This document shows, piece by piece, positions 1 through 8,255 of a stretch of 32,000 bases of DNA. This DNA comes from Geobacter sulfurreducens PCA (GTDB taxonomy: Bacteria > Desulfobacterota > Desulfuromonadia > Geobacterales > Geobacteraceae): assembly GCF_000007985.2 (NCBI RefSeq), contig NC_002939.5, positions 3,780,001-3,812,000 on the forward strand. The letters are read 5' to 3'. Below the pieces are notes generated by a model. The model saw only the letters and a program-made list of their open reading frames with translations, ran no database searches and was not told where the DNA came from. A program made the position numbers and the translations under genes. The stretch's first letter is position 1, and every line of letters begins with the position of its first letter.

Positions 1-207
1 AACGGGACAGGCCGCGGAGCAGAGGTAGCAGGCCACGCAGCGCTCTCCGCCGTCCGGGTCGCGGGTGAGAACGATCCGCGCCCGGTAGCGGGGCGCCGGC
101 GTCCGCTTCACCTCCGGGTACTCCACGGTCACCGGCCTGCGGAAGATATGCTTCCAGGTCACGAAAAGCCCGGTGGCGATGGCTTTGAAATCGGTCAGTA
201 TCGGCAT
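1..207 (-). CDS. nuoI: NADH-quinone oxidoreductase subunit I, 5' part only; the gene runs off the left edge
   Basis: Manual reverse translation from ATG (205..207) gives MPILTDFKAIATGLFVTWKHIFRRPVTVEYPEVKRTPAPRYRARIVLTRDPDGGERCVACYLCSAACPV. The YPE..PRYRxRIVLTRDPDGxERCVACxLCxxACP block is the canonical NuoI N-terminus with the first 4Fe-4S motif. It is absent from the ORF track because it is truncated. Confidence 0.9.
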   Translation of the reverse strand, partial: MPILTDFKAIATGLFVTWKHIFRRPVTVEYPEVKRTPAPRYRARIVLTRDPDGGERCVACYLCSAACPV

Positions 208-218
208 GGTTCACGGGA

Positions 219-248
219 GTGGAGGGGCTCCGGCCAGAGCCCCTCCAC
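219..248 (-). promoter_or_regulatory. Intercistronic GC-rich stem-loop (12-bp perfect stem, 6-nt loop) between the ankyrin gene and nuoI, flanked by 8-bp direct repeats
   Basis: GTGGAGGGGCTC (219..230) and GAGCCCCTCCAC (237..248) are exact reverse complements around loop CGGCCA. GGTTCACG occurs at 208..215 and 250..257. No U-tract follows on the mRNA strand. Confidence 0.6.
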
Positions 249-263
249 CGGTTCACGCGGCGG

Positions 264-689
264 TCAGGCGGTGCCCGACTTGGCCCGTTGCGCCTTTTTG
301 ATCAGGTCCAGAGTGTCAGGGTGTCCGTTCGCTTCCGCATAGGTCAGGGCCGTATTGCCCAGCTTCATCTTGGCCAGGGGGTCGGCGCCGGCCGTCAGCA
401 GGTCTTCCACGCATTCGTTGCATCCGTAATTCGCAGCCAGCATGAGGGGGGTGTGCCATTCGAGATCCCGCGGGTCCACCTGCGCGCCCGCCTCAAGCAG
501 CGCCCGGATGGCTGCAGCCTGACCGTTGGCCGCCGCGTAGTGGAGGGCGGTCTTGCCCTTCTCGCTTTTGGCCTCCAGGTCGGCGCCACGGCCGATGAGA
601 TCCCTGATCGCATCCACATCCCCTGCCTTCGCCGCGTCGATGAGCGGCGTATGCCCGTGCTTGTCCTTGGTATTCACGTTCTCAACCAT
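264..689 (-). CDS. Ankyrin-repeat protein (about 4 repeats, no signal peptide)
   Basis: 141-aa ORF with repeated ankyrin consensus: GHTPLIDAAKAGDVDAIRDLIGRGADLEA, GKTALHYAAANGQAAAIRALLEAGAQVD, WHTPLMLAANYGCNECVEDLLTAGADP, GNTALTYAEANGH. ATG at 689 is preceded by AAAGGAGGA. Confidence 0.9.
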   Translation of the reverse strand: MVENVNTKDKHGHTPLIDAAKAGDVDAIRDLIGRGADLEAKSEKGKTALHYAAANGQAAAIRALLEAGAQVDPRDLEWHTPLMLAANYGCNECVEDLLTAGADPLAKMKLGNTALTYAEANGHPDTLDLIKKAQRAKSGTA

Positions 690-830
690 GACACGTCCTC
701 CTTTGCTTCGTTGCGTGTTGGATTCTCTTCTGCGGAACGATGACCAGTGTGCGTGTGTCAGACCGTGATGCGGTTGTGCGTGGTGCGAACGTTCTCTCCC
801 CCCTTTCTCTCGATGGTGTTTGTCTCTCCG

Positions 831-1820
831 TTACACGAACATCAGTACCCATCCGGTGATCAGGATGTTGAGCAGTGCCAGCGGCGTCAGCACCTTCCAT
901 CCCAGGTGCATGAGCTGATCGTAGCGCAACCGCGGCAGGGTTCCCCGCATCCAGATGAAAAAGAAGGCGAAGGCGAGAGTCTTCACCGAAAACCAGACGA
1001 AGGGAGGCAGCAGCGGCCCCTGCCAGCCGCCCAGAAAGAAGGTGGTTGCCAAACCGCCGAGGACGATGATGTTGATGTACTCGCCCACGAAAAAGAGGCC
1101 GAAACGCATCCCCGAGTACTCGGTGTGGAACCCCGCCACCAGCTCTCCCTCCGCCTCGGGGATGTCAAAGGGTATCCGCTTGCATTCGGCCGCGATGCTG
1201 ATGAGAAAGATCAGAAAGGCCACGGGCTGGTAGGCGATGAACCAGACCCCCTCCTGGGCCGCCACGATGTCCGACAGCCGGAGCGACCCGGCCAGCATCA
1301 CCGTGGGCACCAGGGACAGCCCCATGGAGAGCTCGTAGGAGATGAGCTGGGCCAGCCCCCGGATGGAGCCCAGGAGCGCGTACTTGGAGTTGGACGCCCA
1401 TCCCCCCAGGGCCACACCATACACCGCAATGGAGGAGAGTGCCAAGAAGAAGAGGAGCCCCACGTTCAGATCCGCCACCTGAAGCGGGATCTCACGGCCG
1501 AGAATCGTGACCGGCGCCCCGAAGGGGATCACCGCAAAGGTGAGGATCGCCGGGACGGCAGCCATGGCCGGGGCCAGATAGAAGAGCCACTTGTCGGCGC
1601 CGGCGGGGCGGAAATCCTCCTTGGTCAGGAGTTTGATGAGATCCGCCAGGGGCTGCAGCAGGCCGAAGGGGCCCACCCGGTTCGGCCCCTTGCGGTCCTG
1701 GATCCAGGCCAGGAGCCGCCGCTCGGCGAAGACCAGGTAGGCCGCCAGGGTGAGCACCACGAAGAAGATCAGGGCGATCTTGGCCCCGTGGATGGCTATG
1801 TCGAGAGCAACTCCGTTCAT
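831..1820 (-). CDS. nuoH: NADH-quinone oxidoreductase subunit H
   Basis: 329 aa, polytopic, with NuoH/ND1 signatures: ERRLLAWIQDRKGPNRVGPFGLLQPLADLIKL, ECKRIPFDIPEAEGELVAGFHTEYSGMRFGLFF, RGTLPRLRYDQLM. ATG at 1818..1820. Confidence 0.97.
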   Translation of the reverse strand: MNGVALDIAIHGAKIALIFFVVLTLAAYLVFAERRLLAWIQDRKGPNRVGPFGLLQPLADLIKLLTKEDFRPAGADKWLFYLAPAMAAVPAILTFAVIPFGAPVTILGREIPLQVADLNVGLLFFLALSSIAVYGVALGGWASNSKYALLGSIRGLAQLISYELSMGLSLVPTVMLAGSLRLSDIVAAQEGVWFIAYQPVAFLIFLISIAAECKRIPFDIPEAEGELVAGFHTEYSGMRFGLFFVGEYINIIVLGGLATTFFLGGWQGPLLPPFVWFSVKTLAFAFFFIWMRGTLPRLRYDQLMHLGWKVLTPLALLNILITGWVLMFV

Positions 1821-3418
1821 GACTCCCCGCCGGGTTCCGGCAACGTGAAGTAAAACGTGGCGCCGGCGCCGGGCGTTCCCTCCGCCCAGATGCGCCCTCC
1901 ATGGCGGTCGATGATCCGCTTGACCGTGGCAAGGCCGATGCCGGTCCCCTCGAACGCGCGCGCGTCGTGGAGGCGCTCGAAGGGCTGAAAAAGCTTGTCC
2001 TTGTGGGCCATGTCAAAGCCGACGCCGTTGTCGCGGATAAAGTAGAGCCGCTCTCCCTCGCCCTCGCAACGGCCGAACTCGATGACTGCGTTCTCCTTTG
2101 GGGCCGTATATTTCCAGGCGTTCCTAAGGATATTCTCCATGGCAGCCCGCAGCAACCCCGGATCCCCCTCGACCGTCAGGCCGTCGGCTATGATGAAATC
2201 CACTGCCCGACCGGGCTCCCCGTCACTCAGCTCACGGGCAATGCTCCGCGCCAGGCGGCTCAGGTTCACCGCCTCGTGGACGACCTCACCCTTCACGCTC
2301 CGGGAAAACCTGAGAAGATCGTCTATCAGCTGTTCCATCCGCGTTGCCAGCCGGATCATACGGATGAGGATGTCCCGCCCCTCCCCCTCCAGGCGGTCGG
2401 CGTAGTCCTCATAGAGCATGCGGCTGTACCCGTCCAGCCTCCGGAGCGGGCCGCGCAGGTCGTGAGAAACTGAAAAACCGAACGCCTCAAGTTCGCGGTT
2501 GGCGGTTTCCAGGGCCTCGGTGCGCTCCCGCACGCGCTGCTCCAAATCCGCGTAGACCCGCACATTTTCCATGGCCACCGACGTCGTGTCGGCAAGGGCC
2601 TGAATGACGCTGATCTCCTGCTCGGAGGGGCGATGGCGCCTGGCCCAGTAGGTGCCGATGGCGCCGATGGGGTCTTCCCCCCGGATGGGGACCATGGCAA
2701 GGCTCTGCACGAACGTAGGGCGATAGGCCTCCACGGGTATCCGCTGATCCTGGTAGATATCCTCGATGACCGCCGCCTGCCGGTTGAGCATGACCCACCC
2801 GCTGATGCAGCGCTCAAGGGGGAACCGGAGCCCCTTCCAGAGCGGGGCGATGGCATCTTCGTCCGCATAGAAGCAGTTACCGTTTTCCCGCAGGACAAAC
2901 GTGGCCCCGTCGGCGCTCACCAACTCCCGGGCGGCAGTCCGGACCACCGCCGTAATCTCGTCGAGGCTGCGGGCCCGGGAAAGCTCCTGCACTACGCGGA
3001 CAAGCCGCTCCATGAGCCCGCCGAGCCGCCGGTTCTCCTCCTGGGCCGCCATGCGGTCGGTAATGTCCCGATTGCTCCCCCGCCGGCCGAGAAACGTTCC
3101 GGCGCCGTCGTGCACCGGCTGACAGTGATGACTGATCCAACGCACCTCACCGGTGCGCGTGATGATGCGGAAGTCAATGGGGCAGACCCCCTCTCGATTG
3201 GCCAGAGCATCCGTCAGATGGCTCTCCACGGCCTCCCGGTCCTCAGGATGGACAATCCGCCGCAGCAGGCCCGCTTCACCCATGAACTCGTCGGGACGGT
3301 ACCCGGTAATCCGCTCGCAGGCCGGGGAGACATAGCGACAGGCCCCCTCGGGGTCGAGCCAGAACTCCCAGTCAGCTGCGAAATCGAGCAGCAATTTGCA
3401 GATGTGTTCGCTCTCCAT
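1817..3418 (-). CDS. Soluble sensor histidine kinase, PAS-GAF-HisKA-HATPase_c
   Basis: The track ORF starts at TTG 3430. I prefer ATG 3418 (MESEHICK..) behind GAGGAAG. H-box FGFSVSHDLRGPL, N-box ILRNAWKYT, G1 DNGVGFD, G2 GTGIGLATVKR. PAS and GAF-like blocks lie upstream and no TM segment is present. Stop TGA 1817..1819 overlaps the nuoH ATG (ATGA). Confidence 0.9.
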   Translation of the reverse strand: MESEHICKLLLDFAADWEFWLDPEGACRYVSPACERITGYRPDEFMGEAGLLRRIVHPEDREAVESHLTDALANREGVCPIDFRIITRTGEVRWISHHCQPVHDGAGTFLGRRGSNRDITDRMAAQEENRRLGGLMERLVRVVQELSRARSLDEITAVVRTAARELVSADGATFVLRENGNCFYADEDAIAPLWKGLRFPLERCISGWVMLNRQAAVIEDIYQDQRIPVEAYRPTFVQSLAMVPIRGEDPIGAIGTYWARRHRPSEQEISVIQALADTTSVAMENVRVYADLEQRVRERTEALETANRELEAFGFSVSHDLRGPLRRLDGYSRMLYEDYADRLEGEGRDILIRMIRLATRMEQLIDDLLRFSRSVKGEVVHEAVNLSRLARSIARELSDGEPGRAVDFIIADGLTVEGDPGLLRAAMENILRNAWKYTAPKENAVIEFGRCEGEGERLYFIRDNGVGFDMAHKDKLFQPFERLHDARAFEGTGIGLATVKRIIDRHGGRIWAEGTPGAGATFYFTLPEPGGES

Positions 3419-3582
3419 CGGCTTCCTCAATGGTGTGACGCAATGCCGGGAGATGGCCCCCGAATGTATGCACCGCCGCGCCGGGCTGTTTCTTCCACGC
3501 GGTTATGACGGCGGAACATGCCATTTACAGTGAACTGGTATTCCCGGGCGCCTGTTCGCTTTGCATGCCCGTTTCGCCTCAA

Positions 3583-3924
3583 CTATGCCTTTTTCACAAA
3601 TTCCGACTTCAACTGCATGGCACCGACGCCGTCGATCTTGCAGTCGATGTCATGGTCCCCCTCCACGAGCCGGATGTTCCGCACCTTGGTTCCGACCTTG
3701 ACAACCGAGGACGAGCCTTTGATCTTCAGATCCTTGATCACCGTGACGGAGTCGCCATCACTGAGCACGTTGCCGAAGGCATCGCGCACAACGCGCTGCT
3801 CTTCCGGGCTCTCTCCCGGCGCAGCCGTCGGCCACTCATGGGCGCATTCCGGGCAGACGTACATGGTCCCGTCTTCATAGGTGTATTCCGAACTGCATTG
3901 TGGGCATGCGGGTAAACTGCTCAT
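3583..3924 (-). CDS. yjdM: YjdM/PhnA-family zinc-ribbon protein
   Basis: From ATG 3924 (SD AAGGAG): [31 protein letters not shown]...[57 protein letters not shown]. This is near-colinear with E. coli PhnA/YjdM as I recall it. The upstream in-frame part of the track ORF (to 4011) overlaps nuoG and is discarded. Confidence 0.9.
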   Translation of the reverse strand: MSSLPACPQCSSEYTYEDGTMYVCPECAHEWPTAAPGESPEEQRVVRDAFGNVLSDGDSVTVIKDLKIKGSSSVVKVGTKVRNIRLVEGDHDIDCKIDGVGAMQLKSEFVKKA

Positions 3925-3949
3925 GGTGCTCCTTTTTCTGTTTGGTAAG

Positions 3950-5983
3950 TCAGACTCCAGGAGCCGCCGCGTAGTGCACGGTCCTCTGGAAGTACCTGTT
4001 GAGTAAACCACTCTTGCCAGTTATCGAGATGTGGTTCAGTTTCGCGCAACATTTTTCACTACAGCACCGTTTCCCCTCTCCCTTCCGGGTCGAGGTCCCG
4101 CAGCAGCTCCCACCGTCCGGCACCCCCCCCGTCACCGCTTCGCCCCCGAACCGCTCCACCAGCTCGGCCACGAACCGCCAAGCGGGGCGGAGTTCCCCGC
4201 CGGGGGGGGCGCTGCGGTGCACCCGCGGCGGATGGAACGGCGCCGGCTTGTCGGGGGAGGCGTGGTAGCGGGCCGGGAGCCCCCGAATCGGAAGTCCGGG
4301 CGCCATGACCTTCCGGAACCGCTGGGCGCGCCCTTCAAAGTTGACATAGGTGCCGTCCGTCTCCACCCAGGCGGCGGTGGGGATGACGATCTGGGCACGC
4401 CTGACCGTTTCCGTCGGAAGCCAGTCAGCGGCCACCACGAACGGCACGCCGGCCAGGAGCGCCTCGGGGATGTCGGCCTCTACAGCGATGATCCCCTTCA
4501 CTCTCCCCGAGGCAACGGCCTCGGCCAGGGTAACCGCTCCGTGCTCCTTCGCCAGAAGACCCGCCCCAAAGGCGTTGGGACCGGGAAAGAGGTACGCGAT
4601 TTTGGCATCAGTATGGGCAAGTAACTCAGTGGCTGCGGGAGGATTGTTCCTGGTGCCGCAGATGACCACAGCCCTCTCGAATATCGCCAGAGGCACCTCT
4701 TCAATAATGCTGAGCTCGATGGCCTCGATGGAAACGGCTCGGGCTTGCTCAAGGGGCGCATGCGTCCCCACCAGGAAGACCGGTGCGCCGCTGCGCCATG
4801 CCTGCCGGACCGCCAGAAGCATCATCGGCCCTTCGTCCCGGAGGTCCGACTCGAGGATGACAATGCAGTCGGCCTTCCGTACGTCCGCCATGGAGGCCGC
4901 CCTGCCGTCGGCAAGGAGGGAAACGGCGGCGGCTACCCGCTCCCCTTCGTCCCGCTCGGCAAAGTAACAAAGGTACTCCGTCCCGATGAGCCCGGCCAGC
5001 CGTGCCAGAAGGACACTCCCCTCCAGCGGGAGACGGGGTGAGCCGACCAGGGCCAAGCGGCCGGGGCCGTAGAGTTCCATGAACTCTTCAATCCGGAGCA
5101 TGGTGGCGTCGATGGCCGCGGCCCATGAAACCTCCTCCCCGTCCACCAGCGGCACCCTCGGCCGCACCGGGTCGTTCACGGCGGCATTGGAGAACCGCCC
5201 CCGGTCGCAGATGAAGTGGCCGTTCACGGCGGGGTTCTCCCGGGCCATGGTCTTGAGGAGTTCCCGGTAGCGGGCCGCCGGCACGGTGTTGCAGCCGAGG
5301 GAACACCAGGGGCAGACCGAAGGGGCCATCTCGTAGTCCCAGTAACGGGCCCGGAACCGGGCGGTCTTGTCGGTAAAGACCCCGGTGGGGCAGATGTCGA
5401 CGAGATTTCCCGAGAAGGGGGATTCGAGCTCCCCCTCCTCAAACCGGCCGTAGTAGACCCGCCGGGCGCTCCCCATGACCCCGAAGTCGCTGCCGCCGGC
5501 ATACTCCTGGTAGAAGCGGACGCACCGGTAGCACTGGATGCAGCGGTTCATCTCGTGCTGAATGTGCGGCCCCAGATCCTGGTTCACGTGGGTCCGTTTT
5601 TTCCCCTCAAAGCGGCGGATGCCGTGGCCGCCGGCCACGGTGTAGTCCTGAAGGAGGCACTCCCCCCCCTCGTCGCAGACCGGGCAGTCGTGGGGGTGAT
5701 TGGTCATGAGCCACTCGATGACCAGGCTCCGCATCTTCAAGGCCTCGGGGTCGGTGGTGGAGACCACCATGCCGTCCTGGGCCGGGAGCATGCACGACAT
5801 CTGGATCCCCTTCACAGGTCCGTCCAGCAGCTTCACGGCACAGAGCCGGCAGGCCCCCACGCTGCCGAGGGCCGGGTGATAGCAGAAGTGCGGAATCCAG
5901 ATTCCCGCGGTCTTGGCCGCCTCCAGCACGCTGGTGCCGGGAGGGACTTCGACCAGTATGTGATCGATGGTCAGTTTGGGCAT
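3950..5983 (-). CDS. nuoG: NADH-quinone oxidoreductase subunit G (short form with an atypical C-terminal tail)
   Basis: 677 aa. N-terminal 2Fe-2S ([15 protein letters not shown]), [33 protein letters not shown] and CPWCSLGC cluster motifs, then a molybdopterin-like domain. The last ~55 codons after a G8 run are unusual (see findings). Confidence 0.9.
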   Translation of the reverse strand: MPKLTIDHILVEVPPGTSVLEAAKTAGIWIPHFCYHPALGSVGACRLCAVKLLDGPVKGIQMSCMLPAQDGMVVSTTDPEALKMRSLVIEWLMTNHPHDCPVCDEGGECLLQDYTVAGGHGIRRFEGKKRTHVNQDLGPHIQHEMNRCIQCYRCVRFYQEYAGGSDFGVMGSARRVYYGRFEEGELESPFSGNLVDICPTGVFTDKTARFRARYWDYEMAPSVCPWCSLGCNTVPAARYRELLKTMARENPAVNGHFICDRGRFSNAAVNDPVRPRVPLVDGEEVSWAAAIDATMLRIEEFMELYGPGRLALVGSPRLPLEGSVLLARLAGLIGTEYLCYFAERDEGERVAAAVSLLADGRAASMADVRKADCIVILESDLRDEGPMMLLAVRQAWRSGAPVFLVGTHAPLEQARAVSIEAIELSIIEEVPLAIFERAVVICGTRNNPPAATELLAHTDAKIAYLFPGPNAFGAGLLAKEHGAVTLAEAVASGRVKGIIAVEADIPEALLAGVPFVVAADWLPTETVRRAQIVIPTAAWVETDGTYVNFEGRAQRFRKVMAPGLPIRGLPARYHASPDKPAPFHPPRVHRSAPPGGELRPAWRFVAELVERFGGEAVTGGVPDGGSCCGTSTRKGEGKRCCSEKCCAKLNHISITGKSGLLNRYFQRTVHYAAAPGV

Positions 5984-5992
5984 GGTTTCAGG

Positions 5993-6565
5993 TTACAGGA
6001 TAATCACCCGTGGTTGTTCCCCCTTGTCGTACTGGAGCGCCATGACGAGACTTCCCCAGCCAAGGGTGATGATGATGCCGATGCCGAGCAGGAGCGCCCC
6101 CACGGCTGTAAAGATGCTCCCCACGAGTACCGCTAGAATCCAGCCGGCCAGGTCTCCCCTTATGGTTTCGAGGCTCCACCGCAAGGCGTCCATGAACTTC
6201 ATCCGCCGGTCAATAATGCCGTACATGCCGGGCGCGACCACCACCGACAGGACGAACCCCGCCACCTGACCGATGACCGGCACGTGGTTCAGGGCGAACA
6301 TGGCCACGACCACGAGCAGAAAGTAGACGAAAAGATCGCCGAAGCAATCCCAGGCCCGGAAGATGTCCCCCGGCTCCGCCTTTCCCCCGCGGGCCACCTT
6401 GAGCACCGCGCGGATGTAGCCGGCCAGGAAGCCGATGTTGGCCACAGGAATCCACGCCACCAGGGAGAAGACCAGGGAGAGGACGAGGAGATTGCCGAAA
6501 TTGCCCGTCCAAAGCCTCGTGGCCCGGGTCACGAGGCCGCCGAAATCGTCAGATGGTGCCGTCAT
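5993..6565 (-). CDS. Integral membrane protein of unknown function (about 4-5 TM), embedded between nuoF and nuoG
   Basis: Only the last 190 aa of track ORF 5993..7438 are credible (MTAPSDDFGGLVTRATRLW...). ATG 6563..6565 overlaps the nuoF stop TGA 6562..6564 (ATGA). Long hydrophobic stretches: LLVLSLVFSLVAWIPVANIGFLAGYI, LFVYFLLVVVAMFAL, ILAVLVGSIFTAVGALLLGIGIIITLGW. Confidence 0.75.
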   Translation of the reverse strand: MTAPSDDFGGLVTRATRLWTGNFGNLLVLSLVFSLVAWIPVANIGFLAGYIRAVLKVARGGKAEPGDIFRAWDCFGDLFVYFLLVVVAMFALNHVPVIGQVAGFVLSVVVAPGMYGIIDRRMKFMDALRWSLETIRGDLAGWILAVLVGSIFTAVGALLLGIGIIITLGWGSLVMALQYDKGEQPRVIIL

Positions 6566-7833
6566 CCCTTTCCTCCGAGGGGGCAGCGCCCCATCACGAT
6601 GTGCTCCCGGATCTCGTCCTCGAAGAGCCGCAGGAGCCCCTCCACCGGCCCCATGGCACCGGGGGCCAGGGGACAGAAGGCGTAGTTCAGGTACTGGACA
6701 TGCTCCCGCAGGATGGCGATGTGCTCCTCCCGCCCGGCGCCCGCCTCGATCCGGGCCAGGACGTCCTTCACAAAGGGGAGCCCTTCCCGGCAGGGGGTAC
6801 ACCAGCCGCACGACTCCCGAGCGTAAAAGGACACCAGGTTCAGGGTTGCCGCCACCATGCAGGTGTTCCGGTCGAAGACCACGATGCCGCCGGTGCCGAG
6901 CCGGGAGCCGGCCCTTGCCACGGCATCGAAGTCCATGGGGACGTTCCAGTGCTCCCGGGTAAAGAACGGCGTGGACGCCCCGCCGGGTATGCACGCCTTG
7001 AACTCCCGCCCCGGCAGCATGCCGCCGCAGGGGCCGTCGATGATCTCGCCCAGGCTCATCCCCAGGGGAAGCTCGAAGCAGGCGGCGTTGTTCACATGTC
7101 CGCTCACGCAGAAGAGCTTGGTACCGGCCGCTTCGGAGATTCTCGCCAGCCCCTTGAACCAGGCGGCGCCGTTGGCCACGATAGCCGGGATGTTGGCCAG
7201 GGTCTCCACGTTGTTCACCACCGTGGGGCGCCCCCAGAGCCCTTTCACTGCCGGGAAGGGGGGTTTGCTCCGCGGGTTGGCCCGCCTCCCCTCCAGCGCG
7301 TTCATGAGGGCTGTTTCCTCGCCACAGATGTAACGCCCGGCGGACTGGTGGACGTCCAGGTCCAGGGAGAAACCGGAGCCGAGGATGTTCTTCCCCAGCA
7401 GGCCCGCTTCCTTTGCCTCGGCAATGGCGCGCCGGCAATTCTCCGCCGCCTCTTCGTAGCCGCGGCGGATGAAGATGAAGGCATGGGCCACACCGATGGC
7501 ATAAGCGGCCAGGGTCATCCCCTCCACCAGAGAATAGGGGTTCGCCTCCAGGAGTATCCGGTCCTTGTAGGTGCCCGGCTCCATCTCGTCGCAGTTACAG
7601 ATGAGATAACGGGGGCCTGGGATGTCCCGCGGCACGAAGGACCACTTCTTCCCGGTGGGGAACCCGGCCCCGCCCCGGCCCCGCAGATTGGCGTCGATCA
7701 CCACCTGCTGGACATCGTTGGGCGACATGCCGGAAAGGGCCTTCTCCAGGGCCGCGAAGCCTCCCTCCGCCCGGTACTCGGCAAAGGTTACGCACCGGCC
7801 GGGACGGTTATGTCGGAAGAGAACCTGTTCCAT
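6562..7833 (-). CDS. nuoF: NADH-quinone oxidoreductase subunit F (NADH/FMN-binding)
   Basis: 423 aa. GRGGAGFPTGKKWSF, CNCDEMEPGTYKDR, ESCGWCTPCREG (4Fe-4S). ATG 7831..7833. Confidence 0.97.
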   Translation of the reverse strand: MEQVLFRHNRPGRCVTFAEYRAEGGFAALEKALSGMSPNDVQQVVIDANLRGRGGAGFPTGKKWSFVPRDIPGPRYLICNCDEMEPGTYKDRILLEANPYSLVEGMTLAAYAIGVAHAFIFIRRGYEEAAENCRRAIAEAKEAGLLGKNILGSGFSLDLDVHQSAGRYICGEETALMNALEGRRANPRSKPPFPAVKGLWGRPTVVNNVETLANIPAIVANGAAWFKGLARISEAAGTKLFCVSGHVNNAACFELPLGMSLGEIIDGPCGGMLPGREFKACIPGGASTPFFTREHWNVPMDFDAVARAGSRLGTGGIVVFDRNTCMVAATLNLVSFYARESCGWCTPCREGLPFVKDVLARIEAGAGREEHIAILREHVQYLNYAFCPLAPGAMGPVEGLLRLFEDEIREHIVMGRCPLGGKG

Positions 7834-7907
7834 TTACCCCTTTGTTCACCCCCCTGCTTCGCTCTCGTTCGCTTCCCCCTACAAGGCAGGGGGGACCGAG
7901 GGGGGTC

Positions 7908-8252
7908 TTATTGCTCAACAAGAATGTCCTTCAGCACCACCGCGTTGTTGTGCTGTTCGTCCTTTGCCGCGAACAGGAGCGTTACCGTCCCGCCGGCCGC
8001 CAGTTTCCTGAGTCCATCCAGGAGTTCCGCCTTCGCGTCCAACTCCCGCCGGTACCGCTCCCGGAACTCGTCCCACCGGGCCGGGTCGTGGCCGAACCAC
8101 TGCCGCAGCTCGTCGCTGGGGGCGATCTCCTTCAGCCACTCGTCGATGCGGGCCTTGTCTTTCGCGATACCCCGGGGCCAGAGCCGGTCCACCAGGACGC
8201 GCGTGCCGTCCTCGGTTGCCGGTTCGTCGTAGATCCGCTTTACTCGCACCAT
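7908..8252 (-). CDS. DUF488 family protein (YeaO-like)
   Basis: 114 aa. VKRIYDEPATEDGTRVLVDRLWPRGIAKDKARIDEWLKEIAPSDELRQWF resembles E. coli YeaO as I recall it (KRVYD..DGYRILVDRLWPRGI..DEW.KEI.PS.ELR). ATG 8252 lies 3 nt after the nuoE stop, with SD GGAGGG inside the nuoE 3' end. Confidence 0.85.
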   Translation of the reverse strand: MVRVKRIYDEPATEDGTRVLVDRLWPRGIAKDKARIDEWLKEIAPSDELRQWFGHDPARWDEFRERYRRELDAKAELLDGLRKLAAGGTVTLLFAAKDEQHNNAVVLKDILVEQ

Positions 8253-8255
8253 CGT

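Noticed and set aside
5993-7438. 481-aa minus-strand ORF spanning the nuoF region.
   Set aside because: Its first ~290 aa overlap nuoF in another frame and look like Arg/Gly/Pro-rich noise. Only the last 190 aa, from ATG 6565, are hydrophobic and protein-like, and these are kept as the membrane protein.
7886-7906. Possible G-quadruplex from the plus-strand G-runs (GGCAGGGGGGACCGAGGGGGG).
   Set aside because: There are only two long G-runs plus a GG. A four-tract G4 would require zero-length loops, and hairpin pairing with the complementary C-runs is the simpler explanation.
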